Part shown: in pieces, positions 1 through 8,381 of the stretch | Layout of the letters: each line of letters starts with the position of its first letter | How positions within the stretch are numbered: position 1 is the stretch's first letter | DNA from: a virus | Lineage: Duplodnaviria > Caudoviricetes | Length of the DNA: 64,000 bases | IMG/VR virus record: IMGVR_UViG_3300036713_000599 | Strand: one strand, 5' to 3' | Program-made: the position numbers and the translations under genes | Notes under the pieces: generated by a model | Databases searched by the model: none | Told to the model about the DNA's origin: nothing | The model's input: the letters and a program-made list of their open reading frames with translations, nothing else

Positions 1-26
1 GCGGAAAGCCGCCTTACGGGACGTCT

Positions 27-419
27 GTGGCCGAAAGTGGTTTCAGGATCCTCGTCTTGACTGCTCGCGAGTTCCAACCAGAAAGCGTATACTTTCCCGA
101 CATTAAGGTTATTCACGCCCCTAATGACGACCATCCCAAGTTCGGCTCACTGACTAAGGAAAAACTTCGAGGTGCTGTAGGAGCAGCTCGTCAGGTAACC
201 GACGCCATCAAAAACGGCCAAAAGGTCCTGGTGACCTGTGCTGCTGGCCTCAATAGATCAGGTCTCGTATCTGGCATAGTCCTACACATGTTGTACGGAT
301 GGCCCGGGGAAAAGTGTGTACAAGTGGTCAGAGAGAAAAGAGGCCCCGTGGGAGACATGCTTCCTTTGTGTAATGAGGAATTTGTCCAAGTTCTGAAGAA
401 TCTCAGAGCCCGGGAATAA
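27..419 (+). CDS. Dual-specificity/tyrosine protein phosphatase (probably starts before the window)
   Basis: CX5R P-loop VLVTCAAGLNRSG; upstream acid loop APNDD; reading frame stays open to the window start. Confidence 0.85.
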   Translation: MAESGFRILVLTAREFQPESVYFPDIKVIHAPNDDHPKFGSLTKEKLRGAVGAARQVTDAIKNGQKVLVTCAAGLNRSGLVSGIVLHMLYGWPGEKCVQVVREKRGPVGDMLPLCNEEFVQVLKNLRARE

Positions 420-879
420 AATACTGCCGAGGCTGACTTAGAGTCGGAACAGCCTCTCCATTTTTTGTAGGCCGTTTACCTGCACCTTTCAACTTTTTCG
501 GCTTGCCTTGTTTTATGTCCTCGTACCGGAGACGAGAGCATTCCCAGTGGTAAGGGCCTTCAGACAACCCCACCACAGGGTCAGCTGCGCTCACATATAT
601 GGCTTGTCCACACCAGTAACAGATGCGGACGAACTTAGATCGCTTGACCTCAGTACGCCTAACCGGTCTATCAGCTTGTTCCTTGCCTGATTTTTTAGAC
701 CGCCGGTCCACGGGACTTCTGCCTCTTCGAGCCACTGCCAGTCTCCATACTCCTCGTCCGGTTTTCGAGACCGATCGTAGAATTTTACTGTCTTGAATTC
801 CTGATTCAGCGAGCGCCTTCGTTCGTAATGGTAACGATCCAGTAACAAGTATTGCTCTGCGGCCAAGGTGAAAATCCAC
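403..879 (-). CDS. Small putative Zn-finger protein (probably only the 3' part, about 403-650, is coding)
   Basis: CYWC...HWEC pattern followed by a basic tail; 5' part overlaps ORF 591-944, so the start is unclear. Confidence 0.35.
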   Translation of the reverse strand: MDFHLGRRAILVTGSLPLRTKALAESGIQDSKILRSVSKTGRGVWRLAVARRGRSPVDRRSKKSGKEQADRPVRRTEVKRSKFVRICYWCGQAIYVSAADPVVGLSEGPYHWECSRLRYEDIKQGKPKKLKGAGKRPTKNGEAVPTLSQPRQYFIPGL

Positions 880-944
880 CGTTGGCGGATAAGGCCGGAA
901 TCGGACAACTCAGACACTACCACAGGTTTTCGCAGAGGCGACAT
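591..944 (-). CDS. Hypothetical protein
   Basis: 117 aa with natural composition; starts 9 nt after the lipoprotein stop on the same strand. Confidence 0.55.
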   Translation of the reverse strand: MSPLRKPVVVSELSDSGLIRQRWIFTLAAEQYLLLDRYHYERRRSLNQEFKTVKFYDRSRKPDEEYGDWQWLEEAEVPWTGGLKNQARNKLIDRLGVLRSSDLSSSASVTGVDKPYM

Positions 945-953
945 GTCTGCAAC

Positions 954-1325
954 TTATTCCTCTTTTGGTAGCGGCTTACCTTCACATACAGTGTGGTCCT
1001 TTTCGCGGTACTCTTCAATCTTATCACATGAAGGGGTTTCGGACACACACCTGGGATTAACGAAGTACATGTGTGATGGATCCTGCAGTTCCCTGCACCA
1101 GTCGGCACATTCTTGGTTGGGTACTCCTTCGGGACCGGGAAGATCGGAGTTGTACACCTTCCGCCCTTCCTCGCAGTTGAGGCCTTCAGGGCCGATCCAG
1201 TGACACATGTTGTCGCACCAATCGGAGTCCGGTGGTGGGTTCGGTGGTGGTGTCCCTGGCTCTGTAGGCTTCGGACACCCTGCCACAAACATAACGAAGA
1301 GGGATAGGGTTGCGATTCGTACCAT
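954..1325 (-). CDS. Cys-rich lipoprotein
   Basis: Signal peptide with lipobox MVRIATLSLFVMFVAG|C; Pro-rich linker; 6-Cys domain; GGTGTA-N10-ATG motif at the start. Confidence 0.8.
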   Translation of the reverse strand: MVRIATLSLFVMFVAGCPKPTEPGTPPPNPPPDSDWCDNMCHWIGPEGLNCEEGRKVYNSDLPGPEGVPNQECADWCRELQDPSHMYFVNPRCVSETPSCDKIEEYREKDHTVCEGKPLPKEE

Positions 1326-1403
1326 GTTACGAAGATACACCAAAGGGGCAATAGTTTACCGAAAAATTGAGCAACGCGAATTCTCTTGTCACCTGCACAG
1401 GTT

Positions 1404-2234
1404 ATGGCAAAACGTGTTTTTGACACAGGACCTTTTGGGTACCGTCCTGATCCCCCCAAAGAGACGGGGGAACGGGCAGACTTCAACTTCAAAACCCAGC
1501 TGCAGCCTAAGCTAGCGTCGGTCCACTCTGGCGACGTGGATCTAAGGAAACATACTACATCGTCTAGCCAGTACCGCGCAGGTTCCTGTGCGGGTAACGC
1601 CACGGCAGATTCCATAGAGGTGCTCAATTCTATCGAGGGTAGGCCTCACAGAGAGCTGTCCCGGATGTTCGTCTACACCCTCGCCCGCAATTTCATGGAC
1701 GAGGACATGGACGGTCGGAGCGATATCAACAGGGATGAAGGCACATATCTTCGCCTGTGTTTCGAGGTTTTGAGTAAGTTTGGAATTTGTGAAGAGAGCC
1801 TATGGCCCTACGAATTGGACGCGTTCGGGAAGCCAAAGAATCTATACAAGCTTCCTAGCCTTAAGGCGATGCGGCGGGCGACCGGCCACAAGATCCACAG
1901 CTACTATCGGATTGACGAGAGAGGCAGTGACCGGTTGGATGCGATCCTAGCGGCTCTTCGGGCCAACCATCCGGTGGTTTTCGGGACACTTGTTGACAAG
2001 GACTTCACAAGAATGCGAGATATTGGTCCAGTGGATCACCCCGACGAGTCTCTCACTGTAGGCGGCCATGCAATGATTGTTGTAGGCTACCTCACAGGGC
2101 TCGGATTCATCGTAAAGAATAGCTGGGGGGAACGCTGGGGAGAAGACGGGTTTTGTGCCATGAAGCCGAGCTACCTCGCCTGGAAGAGGACCAGGGATAT
2201 CTGGGTTCCCACGAGAGGGCGATCATTTAAGTGA
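1404..2234 (+). CDS. Papain-family (C1A) cysteine peptidase
   Basis: QYRAGSCAGNA (oxyanion Gln and catalytic Cys), GGHAMIVVGY (His), IVKNSWGERWGEDGF (Asn). Confidence 0.9.
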   Translation: MAKRVFDTGPFGYRPDPPKETGERADFNFKTQLQPKLASVHSGDVDLRKHTTSSSQYRAGSCAGNATADSIEVLNSIEGRPHRELSRMFVYTLARNFMDEDMDGRSDINRDEGTYLRLCFEVLSKFGICEESLWPYELDAFGKPKNLYKLPSLKAMRRATGHKIHSYYRIDERGSDRLDAILAALRANHPVVFGTLVDKDFTRMRDIGPVDHPDESLTVGGHAMIVVGYLTGLGFIVKNSWGERWGEDGFCAMKPSYLAWKRTRDIWVPTRGRSFK

Positions 2235-2279
2235 CGATCCAAAGAGGATCAGGATTTAGAAAGTTGGAAGCAAATTTAC

Positions 2280-2309
2280 CCGAACTCCTTCAGCCAATGG
2301 ACGTAATAC
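2280..2309 (+). promoter_or_regulatory. Class A promoter motif CCGAAC-N14-GACGTAATAC
   Basis: Same bipartite motif and spacing as copies at 4561, 6488 and 16933(-). Confidence 0.7.
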
Positions 2310-2313
2310 TACC

Positions 2314-2946
2314 ATGACAACCGACTCCACAAAAAAAGTTATCGACCTTTTCCTGCGCACCGCTTCCGGCCTCCCTCTCGGGAAGACATAGGAAAACGGC
2401 AAGGTTCGCGTCCACCGGTACAGCAACCACTTCAAAGTACAAGACCTTGCCAACGCCGGCAAGCGGGGCAAGAAGGTTCGAGAAATGGCAATCATGCCGG
2501 CGACAGCCTCCATGGTTGAAGAGGCTGAGCTGATGGATCGCTACAGCAAGCACGTGATGCTCAATGCGGGCGGCGGCTACGACTCGATCAAGAGATTCTT
2601 CGATGACATCGAGGAATTCCAGATCAAGGAGACTTTGAAGCGGGGGATCGATACCCGTCCCGGTAACCTTAGGAAGATCGAACTCCGATGGAAGTCGGGC
2701 GACGGTGAGCTTGACCTGACTGCCACGAATTTGGAGTTCCGTGTCCGCAGCAGTGTTCCTCTCAGGCACCCAGAGTCGGATGAACCTATAGGTAGACAAG
2801 ACACGTCTTATTGGTCTGCTAGCAAGCGGGACGCTGCGAAGTTCTACGGATGGCTCGACGCCAATGAGACAAAGGTCAAGAAAATGGGTATTCGAGAACT
2901 CCGTTCCCTTTGGAACAAGCTCAAGGTCAAGTACGACTACCATTGA
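2314..2946 (+). pseudogene. Hypothetical gene interrupted by in-frame TAG at 2389-2391 (210 codons if read through)
   Basis: ATG 2314 follows a class A promoter; frame is open from 2314 to 2946 except for one TAG (MTTDSTKKVIDLFLRTASGLPLGKT*ENGKVRVHRY...); downstream part is track ORF 2485-2946. Confidence 0.65.
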
Positions 2947-2952
2947 GGCGAT

Positions 2953-3324
2953 ATGTACGATTACAACAGAATAGCCCAGTCCCTGAACCTACAGCATAAG
3001 ACGATCTGGGAAGTCAAAGTCCAGTGGGCACACGACATCCTTTCTTCTGTGAGCGAACTTGCGAGACGTCTTCCTGGGACAGGCACAGTGTCCCACAACT
3101 CAGGCAGTGTCGCTTTGCTCGAAGTCAGGGGCTATGACAAGTCCGATCTGGAGTGGACCGCGAAAGTCGAATTGGAGTGGAGCCGTGACACGCTCGTGGC
3201 CGAGGTCCTGTTCGACCATGTCATGAGAGGAAGGTCTTCTGCCAGAGACAGATTCGACGAGACTGCCGAGGCAATGGAAATTGCTGAGTTCTGTCTCAGT
3301 AGTTTGAAAAAATTCATAGGATGA
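2953..3324 (+). CDS. Hypothetical protein
   Basis: 123 aa, 6 nt after the previous stop; N-terminus MYDYNRIAQS resembles that of ORF 11478. Confidence 0.7.
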   Translation: MYDYNRIAQSLNLQHKTIWEVKVQWAHDILSSVSELARRLPGTGTVSHNSGSVALLEVRGYDKSDLEWTAKVELEWSRDTLVAEVLFDHVMRGRSSARDRFDETAEAMEIAEFCLSSLKKFIG

Positions 3325-3456
3325 AAGAGCCGCCCCGTCATCGCCGGTAAGGCCAAGCGAATTTACCTGAAGTCCGCAAGGCTCTCTGGGGCAGCACTTC
3401 TGGTCACCAAGCTATTTAGCGGTTTCTTGCGGCGAGGTGGCTCCGCCCTCCTTTTT

Positions 3457-3462
3457 GGTGTA
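3457..3462 (+). promoter_or_regulatory. Class B motif GGTGTA exactly 10 nt before ATG
   Basis: CCGCCCTCCTTTTTGGTGTA-N10-ATG; near-identical to the element before 13759(-). Confidence 0.65.
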
Positions 3463-3472
3463 GCACACCAAC

Positions 3473-4165
3473 ATGTCGATTTTAGCAGGCACAAAGATCA
3501 CACAAGAAATTGAAAGGGGTCGCATTTTCGTGGATCCCTTCGAACCAAAACATATCAACCCGGCCTCTCTCGATCTGACCCTTGGGTCGAAGGTATCCGT
3601 CTACAAAAAATGGACTTCCCTTATCGGAGCCGACACGTGGGACAGAGATCTCCTCGGCCCTTATGACGGTTCTACTCTCCAAGTCACGACAATGGATGCG
3701 CTCGATGTGAGGCGTGAGAAACACGAAACGAGAGAATTCGAGATCGATCCCAAGAAGGGTTGGCTGATCAACCCTGGCGTCGGCTACCTTATGCACACTC
3801 ACGAACGTGTTCGAACAGACCATTACGTGCCCATCATCGACGGAAAATCCTCTGTGGGTCGACTTTTTGTCAGCATCCACGAGACAGCTGGCTTTGGTGA
3901 CCCCGGCTTTGACGGACAATACACGTTGGAGGTTACGAGCCGGTTTCCTGTCCGGTTCTACCCGGGTATGCGGATCTGCCAAATACGTTTTCACAAAATT
4001 GAAGGCACCCCTACCTTGTACAACGGGCATTACACAAAGGAGCGGGCAGCGGGACCGGTTTCCTCTGCAATTCGGAGCAGCGCCTTTCCCAAAGAGGCTG
4101 TTCCGTCAGATTTCGATGACAAGGAAGAAGCAAAAACCAACCCCTTCAACGGGGGGAGGCTCTGA
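3473..4165 (+). CDS. dcd: dCTP deaminase
   Basis: INPASLDLTLG, DGKSSVGRL, AGFGDPGFDGQYTLEV and GMRICQIRF motifs. Confidence 0.92.
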   Translation: MSILAGTKITQEIERGRIFVDPFEPKHINPASLDLTLGSKVSVYKKWTSLIGADTWDRDLLGPYDGSTLQVTTMDALDVRREKHETREFEIDPKKGWLINPGVGYLMHTHERVRTDHYVPIIDGKSSVGRLFVSIHETAGFGDPGFDGQYTLEVTSRFPVRFYPGMRICQIRFHKIEGTPTLYNGHYTKERAAGPVSSAIRSSAFPKEAVPSDFDDKEEAKTNPFNGGRL

Positions 4166-4192
4166 CCTTCTTCTTGTGGCTCCTCTCTGGTG

Positions 4193-4558
4193 ATGGACCG
4201 ATATCTAATTCACCAGATGCAAATGGAGCTAGGCATCACATCCGAACGACTCCAACAAATTCGAGAACTCCCCTTTGCTGCCGCTTGCAAGGCCCTTGAG
4301 CAACTCAAGGAGGATGTCCGCAAATCCTTCCGTAAGCTGGCTCTGAAGTACCACCCTGACCACAATCAAGACGATCCTGCGGCCGAGAGTAAATTCAAAA
4401 TCCTCGTATTGCTCGCGACCAAGGTCAAAAATCTTCGGGTACAAAAACCCACTACCCGTACCTACGTGGTACACGTTACCCACATAGGTATACCTAGGGC
4501 GAACATTCCCCCCAAAAGGGCCTATAACGCCCGTCGGGTAATTTTTATCCGGCCTTAG
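4193..4558 (+). CDS. J-domain (DnaJ-like) protein
   Basis: [26 protein letters not shown] with intact HPD; no Zn-finger or substrate-binding domain. Confidence 0.85.
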   Translation: MDRYLIHQMQMELGITSERLQQIRELPFAAACKALEQLKEDVRKSFRKLALKYHPDHNQDDPAAESKFKILVLLATKVKNLRVQKPTTRTYVVHVTHIGIPRANIPPKRAYNARRVIFIRP

Positions 4559-4560
4559 TC

Positions 4561-4590
4561 CCGAACATACTTCCAACGACGACGTAGTAC
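4561..4590 (+). promoter_or_regulatory. Class A promoter motif CCGAAC-N14-GACGTAGTAC
   Basis: Intergenic; followed by GGAG Shine-Dalgarno and ATG 4608. Confidence 0.7.
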
Positions 4591-4607
4591 GGGAAAAGGA
4601 GATTCCC

Positions 4608-5069
4608 ATGCAAGGATGCGCTGACCCTACATTTGGATTGCCGTCACAGATCTTGAACCTGTTGAACTTTCTAGGCTCAGTGGAACCGGTGTTCGCGGAC
4701 TGGAACGGTGACACATACGACATATTGGTGGAAACAGAAGCCCATGAGGGGGCGGCGATCGTTCGGATCTATCACCCACAGTGGAAACATCGCTGCCTCC
4801 ACTTCAAACTTTCCGAGAGCTACGAAAGGCAAGAAATCGAGGTCCTCTGTTGGACAGCATCGCACCCAACAGAGGACTGGATCAGCTGTAGCGAAAAGTT
4901 TCCCTCAGAGATGTACAAGTTCGGTGATTTTGGAGCAGTGGTGAACCATTTCACGACAATGGGCTACAAGTACTACAAAAAGCTACGTGAAGACGAAAAG
5001 GAAGCCCAGAGGATGGCCCGTGAGGCGATGAAGCAACCTGAGTTAAGGATGTTTCGGGGAGAGCGGTAG
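4608..5069 (+). CDS. Hypothetical protein
   Basis: 153 aa; GGAG SD and class A promoter upstream. Confidence 0.7.
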   Translation: MQGCADPTFGLPSQILNLLNFLGSVEPVFADWNGDTYDILVETEAHEGAAIVRIYHPQWKHRCLHFKLSESYERQEIEVLCWTASHPTEDWISCSEKFPSEMYKFGDFGAVVNHFTTMGYKYYKKLREDEKEAQRMAREAMKQPELRMFRGER

Positions 5070-5247
5070 CTCAAGGCTTCTTAAGTCTGAGAGAGTCATC
5101 GAAGCTGAGGACACCTGCCAGGATTAGCTTTTGGACGGCGATCCTGACCTCTTTCTGGGTCATCCCTAGAGGGGGAGACTTTTCAAGCTCTCTCGGTAAA
5201 CAATCCCCGCCCTAAAGGACGGGGCTTCCGCGCCAGAGAACGGTGAA
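5066..5247 (+). mobile_element. Non-autonomous IS200/IS605 (IscB-type) remnant: structured omega-RNA-like segment plus right-end hairpin
   Basis: Subterminal hairpin CCCCGCCC-TAAA-GGACGGGG at 5205-5224; bases 5205-5247 match 15267-15309 at 37/43 nt; no nuclease or transposase ORF. Confidence 0.6.
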
Positions 5248-5296
5248 GTCGGAGTTCGTTCCACGACCGAGAGGATTGATTGTTCTTGCTTGGTCA

Positions 5297-5614
5297 TCAC
5301 ACCAACGTCCTTGGAGCCTTCGACGGTGAGAGCCTACGGCCCATAGAAGGCGTTTTCTTGATGGACCTCCACTTGGGTACACTTTCGATTGGTTCAACGC
5401 TCAGAAGGCGTCTGGGAGGGCCGCCAGAGGCATCCATCCCAGTGGCCTTGATCCGGAACCGGCAGTCCACACGGAGTTCTTCGATCCGACCACCATTTGT
5501 CCGGACGATCCTGAACCTCAAAGCCAAAGGGTCTCCGACACGAAGAGAGTCCGGAAGATCTAATTTCACCTGAGGTTGTCCTTTGATTTCAAGAAGTTTC
5601 ACGATGCTCAGCAT
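5297..5614 (-). CDS. Hypothetical protein
   Basis: 105 aa; GGAGG SD; GGTGTA motif upstream on the minus strand (5649-5654). Confidence 0.6.
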   Translation of the reverse strand: MLSIVKLLEIKGQPQVKLDLPDSLRVGDPLALRFRIVRTNGGRIEELRVDCRFRIKATGMDASGGPPRRLLSVEPIESVPKWRSIKKTPSMGRRLSPSKAPRTLV

Positions 5615-5680
5615 TTTACCTCCGAAGAACGGTTAACAAAAACCTACCTACACCGTTCATTATGGTGTATGCTGCGAAAC

Positions 5681-6361
5681 ATGGCTACCAGGACTCGTCA
5701 TTCTTCCCGAAAGGGAAGCCAGAGCACAAAGCTTCAAGGTGTTCTGCGAAAGAAGTCCAACTGTCCAGACCAGAGTTTTTTCTCTGGATGCCGTGCCGAC
5801 GATCTGTACCTCTGTGAAGCCAAGGAGCCAATGGACCGGCAAGCATCATCAGACAAAAAGGGTCCGATGATGACTTCATCCCATGAGGATGGCGGACGAA
5901 GTAAGGGAATGTGGGAGACAGCCCTTTCTGCTCTTCTACTCCAAACACAACTTGGATCTGTTAAACTAGGAACTCTCTTTCTAAGAGAGGGTTTCTTTCA
6001 TGTCTCTGTAAAGAGACATGTTGATCTAAACCTCTTCTCTTTAGGAGAAGAGGTAGTTTGGAAGATCTTTCCGAAGTCTGGAACCCCCAAAATTGATACC
6101 ACTAACCCCATCAACATCAACCTCAACAACACGATCAATATCAAAAATAAAAACAACGATACCAAGAACAAAAACAACGAAAAAAATAGTACGAACGCTA
6201 GTGAGAACGATACGAAAAATACAGATGTGAACAATATGAGAATGAACAACAAAATGAATCAAGATACAGTGAACGAAGTGAACAATCCAACGAACAAGAA
6301 TCTACTGACACATGAAGCTGCTCTTTTGAAAGTTGTGTTGACGAAAAAAGGGCACAAGTGA
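5681..6361 (+). CDS. Hypothetical protein with Asn-rich low-complexity C-terminal region
   Basis: GGTGTA-N11-ATG; contains DRQASSD; 26 Asn in 66 aa (6104-6301). Confidence 0.45.
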   Translation: MATRTRHSSRKGSQSTKLQGVLRKKSNCPDQSFFSGCRADDLYLCEAKEPMDRQASSDKKGPMMTSSHEDGGRSKGMWETALSALLLQTQLGSVKLGTLFLREGFFHVSVKRHVDLNLFSLGEEVVWKIFPKSGTPKIDTTNPININLNNTINIKNKNNDTKNKNNEKNSTNASENDTKNTDVNNMRMNNKMNQDTVNEVNNPTNKNLLTHEAALLKVVLTKKGHK

Positions 6362-6487
6362 GATGAAGTGTGCCCAAAGGTTACTATTTTCCTCTTGGAG
6401 GAAAAATGACAAACAAGCGAAGGAGTTCTTGACCCTTCCTTGTTTTTCGGGTACAACAAAAAAACTTAGGGTAGGGGAAAGATTCTA

Positions 6488-6517
6488 CCGAACCGTTTCA
6501 AGTCCATGACGTAGTAC
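6488..6517 (+). promoter_or_regulatory. Class A promoter motif CCGAAC-N14-GACGTAGTAC
   Basis: Directly upstream of sigma-like gene 6551. Confidence 0.7.
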
Positions 6518-6550
6518 GAGAAACGGACCCTGAGCGAAAGGTTGTCGTAG

Positions 6551-7486
6551 ATGGCTGTGTACTACGAGTGGGTGGTTCAGTACCAAGGATCTATCCCGTA
6601 TGAGGGAGAATGGCCTCTCGGTGTTCCCTCGAACTTCGAGGAACTTCATAGAGAATACGGTGGCTTTGTTGCCTCAAGGGTTAGGAGATACAACAAGGTA
6701 GAAAGGAACTTCGAAGACCTTCTTCAGGAGGTGTGGGCACATCTGATACATGTTGACCTCTTGGAAAAATTCAAAAAGTCTGGAATGGGGAAGCTTCCGT
6801 TAACGATGACTGCAAACGAAGCCTGCAGCTTTCTGGGTATAACGTTCCCTCAGTGGGTCAGAGTCTTAGAAAATAACGACTTCGTGAGCCACCTCGATGG
6901 GTCACGTTTCAGTGAGGAAGCTGTTTTCCTCACTGAAGACGTAGTGAACCTGGATAACTGCTTTTCTCCAGAATGGGGTGGGAACCAAAGCCCTTGGGTG
7001 AACAGAGGAAAGAGGACCCGTCCTCGTATGACAGCAAAAGGCTTCAAGGCGTATTTAGAGAGAGCGGTTTCGAATGCCTTCAAGAACTTCTGTCGGACAA
7101 AGGATCGCAGGCACAAGGATCATCCGATTTCTCCTTCATCGCATCTTGCCCCGACATCTGCGGGCGAGTATCGCCGCTCGGTTAACTTAGAGAATCAGTC
7201 TTCTTGGGAGGATGGTATTGCTGCCGCTATGACCCTCGACCAAGAAGACGCTATTGATCTGGCTCGCCAAATTCGTAAGGCCAGTATTGACCCTGAGTCC
7301 AACGACGGTGCAGAAATCCTCGACCTTCTTTTGCACCAAGGGCGTTCGCGCCATGACGGCCCTCAACGGAACATCGACACCATAATTCTCTTGGGACAAG
7401 GATACAGCCTCTCAGACGCTGTGAAGAAGGCTCGTGCTAGGTCCAGGGACCGTGTTAAGCGGCAGCAACAGGCCGTACTAGGATGA
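6551..7486 (+). CDS. ECF/sigma70-like factor with an HTH inserted in region 2
   Basis: FEDLLQEVWAHL and FKAYLERAVSNAFKNFCR resemble ECF region 2 helices; inserted MTANEACSFLGIT resembles an excisionase-type HTH. Confidence 0.6.
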   Translation: MAVYYEWVVQYQGSIPYEGEWPLGVPSNFEELHREYGGFVASRVRRYNKVERNFEDLLQEVWAHLIHVDLLEKFKKSGMGKLPLTMTANEACSFLGITFPQWVRVLENNDFVSHLDGSRFSEEAVFLTEDVVNLDNCFSPEWGGNQSPWVNRGKRTRPRMTAKGFKAYLERAVSNAFKNFCRTKDRRHKDHPISPSSHLAPTSAGEYRRSVNLENQSSWEDGIAAAMTLDQEDAIDLARQIRKASIDPESNDGAEILDLLLHQGRSRHDGPQRNIDTIILLGQGYSLSDAVKKARARSRDRVKRQQQAVLG

Positions 7487-7526
7487 TACTCCTTCTATGG
7501 TCTCCTAGGGCTTAGGAGACACCTTC

Positions 7527-8372
7527 ATGCAGAAGCTAGCGACCACCCAAATCAAATTGGCTCACAAGGCTAACATCACGGCCCGTAAGATTTACGCATC
7601 CTTGCCTTTTGGTTACCGGTTCGGTGCGATGATGGAGATCTTCTCTGATTCGTATGCAGGGATGAAGGATATGCTGGCCCGTGTCCTTTATGCGGAATTT
7701 CTGAAGGCTGGTGTTCCAGGGATGGTGGTAGGTGGGGTACCTGGAGAGGAGCTTCGGGACAAGGCGATCGAAATGGGTCGGAACGCTTACCGCCTTATCC
7801 CAAAAGGATACGGTAGTCAATTTGCTCGGAAACTTCTTGGGATGGTTCGGAACAAACTTGCGACCGAGGACTTGACCCAGGAGTTTTTGGGCGAGTTGAT
7901 GCTGATGGTCACCGAAGGCAAGCTTAAGATCAACGGTAGTAGTGCCAAGAGTCTGAAGGGGGCCGAATCTTTCACTCTGACGTTTGTTTCCCGTCGCGTC
8001 ATCGATTTTCTTCGGAGCCGGGGTCCAAGAAACCAGGAAGTTTCCATCAGTCCTGGTGGATCGGACGAAGAGGCCCCTAGATTCGAGATTGAAGATCCTC
8101 GAAGTGTGTCGAATATTCTCAACCGAATAACTCCTGGCGAGGAGAAGAGGTTGATTGCCGACTTAGGCAAGATTGACCGACGAAATCCTGAACGTCCTCT
8201 GCAGTATGTTCAGTTCAAGATGGAAGGTATGACCAACCAGCAGATTGCGGACGAGTGGTGGCCCCACCAGCAGGTCAACAAGGGCTCGATGTCTGATTGG
8301 GTGAAGAGACATCTTCCGGACATAAAGGCCGTCTTCAGTAAATATGTCTGGTCTATGCGTGAGGTGGTGTAA
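7527..8372 (+). CDS. Sigma70-like factor
   Basis: EDLTQEFL...VSRRVIDFLRSR (region 2-like); KMEGMTNQQIADE...SMSDWVKR (region 4-like HTH). Confidence 0.55.
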   Translation: MQKLATTQIKLAHKANITARKIYASLPFGYRFGAMMEIFSDSYAGMKDMLARVLYAEFLKAGVPGMVVGGVPGEELRDKAIEMGRNAYRLIPKGYGSQFARKLLGMVRNKLATEDLTQEFLGELMLMVTEGKLKINGSSAKSLKGAESFTLTFVSRRVIDFLRSRGPRNQEVSISPGGSDEEAPRFEIEDPRSVSNILNRITPGEEKRLIADLGKIDRRNPERPLQYVQFKMEGMTNQQIADEWWPHQQVNKGSMSDWVKRHLPDIKAVFSKYVWSMREVV

Positions 8373-8381
8373 GTTCCCTTC

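Noticed and set aside
2290-2943. 217-aa minus-strand ORF as the real gene at 2.3-2.9 kb
   Set aside because: The + frame has a promoter motif, natural composition and coupling to 2953; the minus frame has none of these
5998-6252. Very hydrophobic minus-strand ORF as a membrane protein
   Set aside because: Expected mirror of the A-rich + strand tract; no start signals
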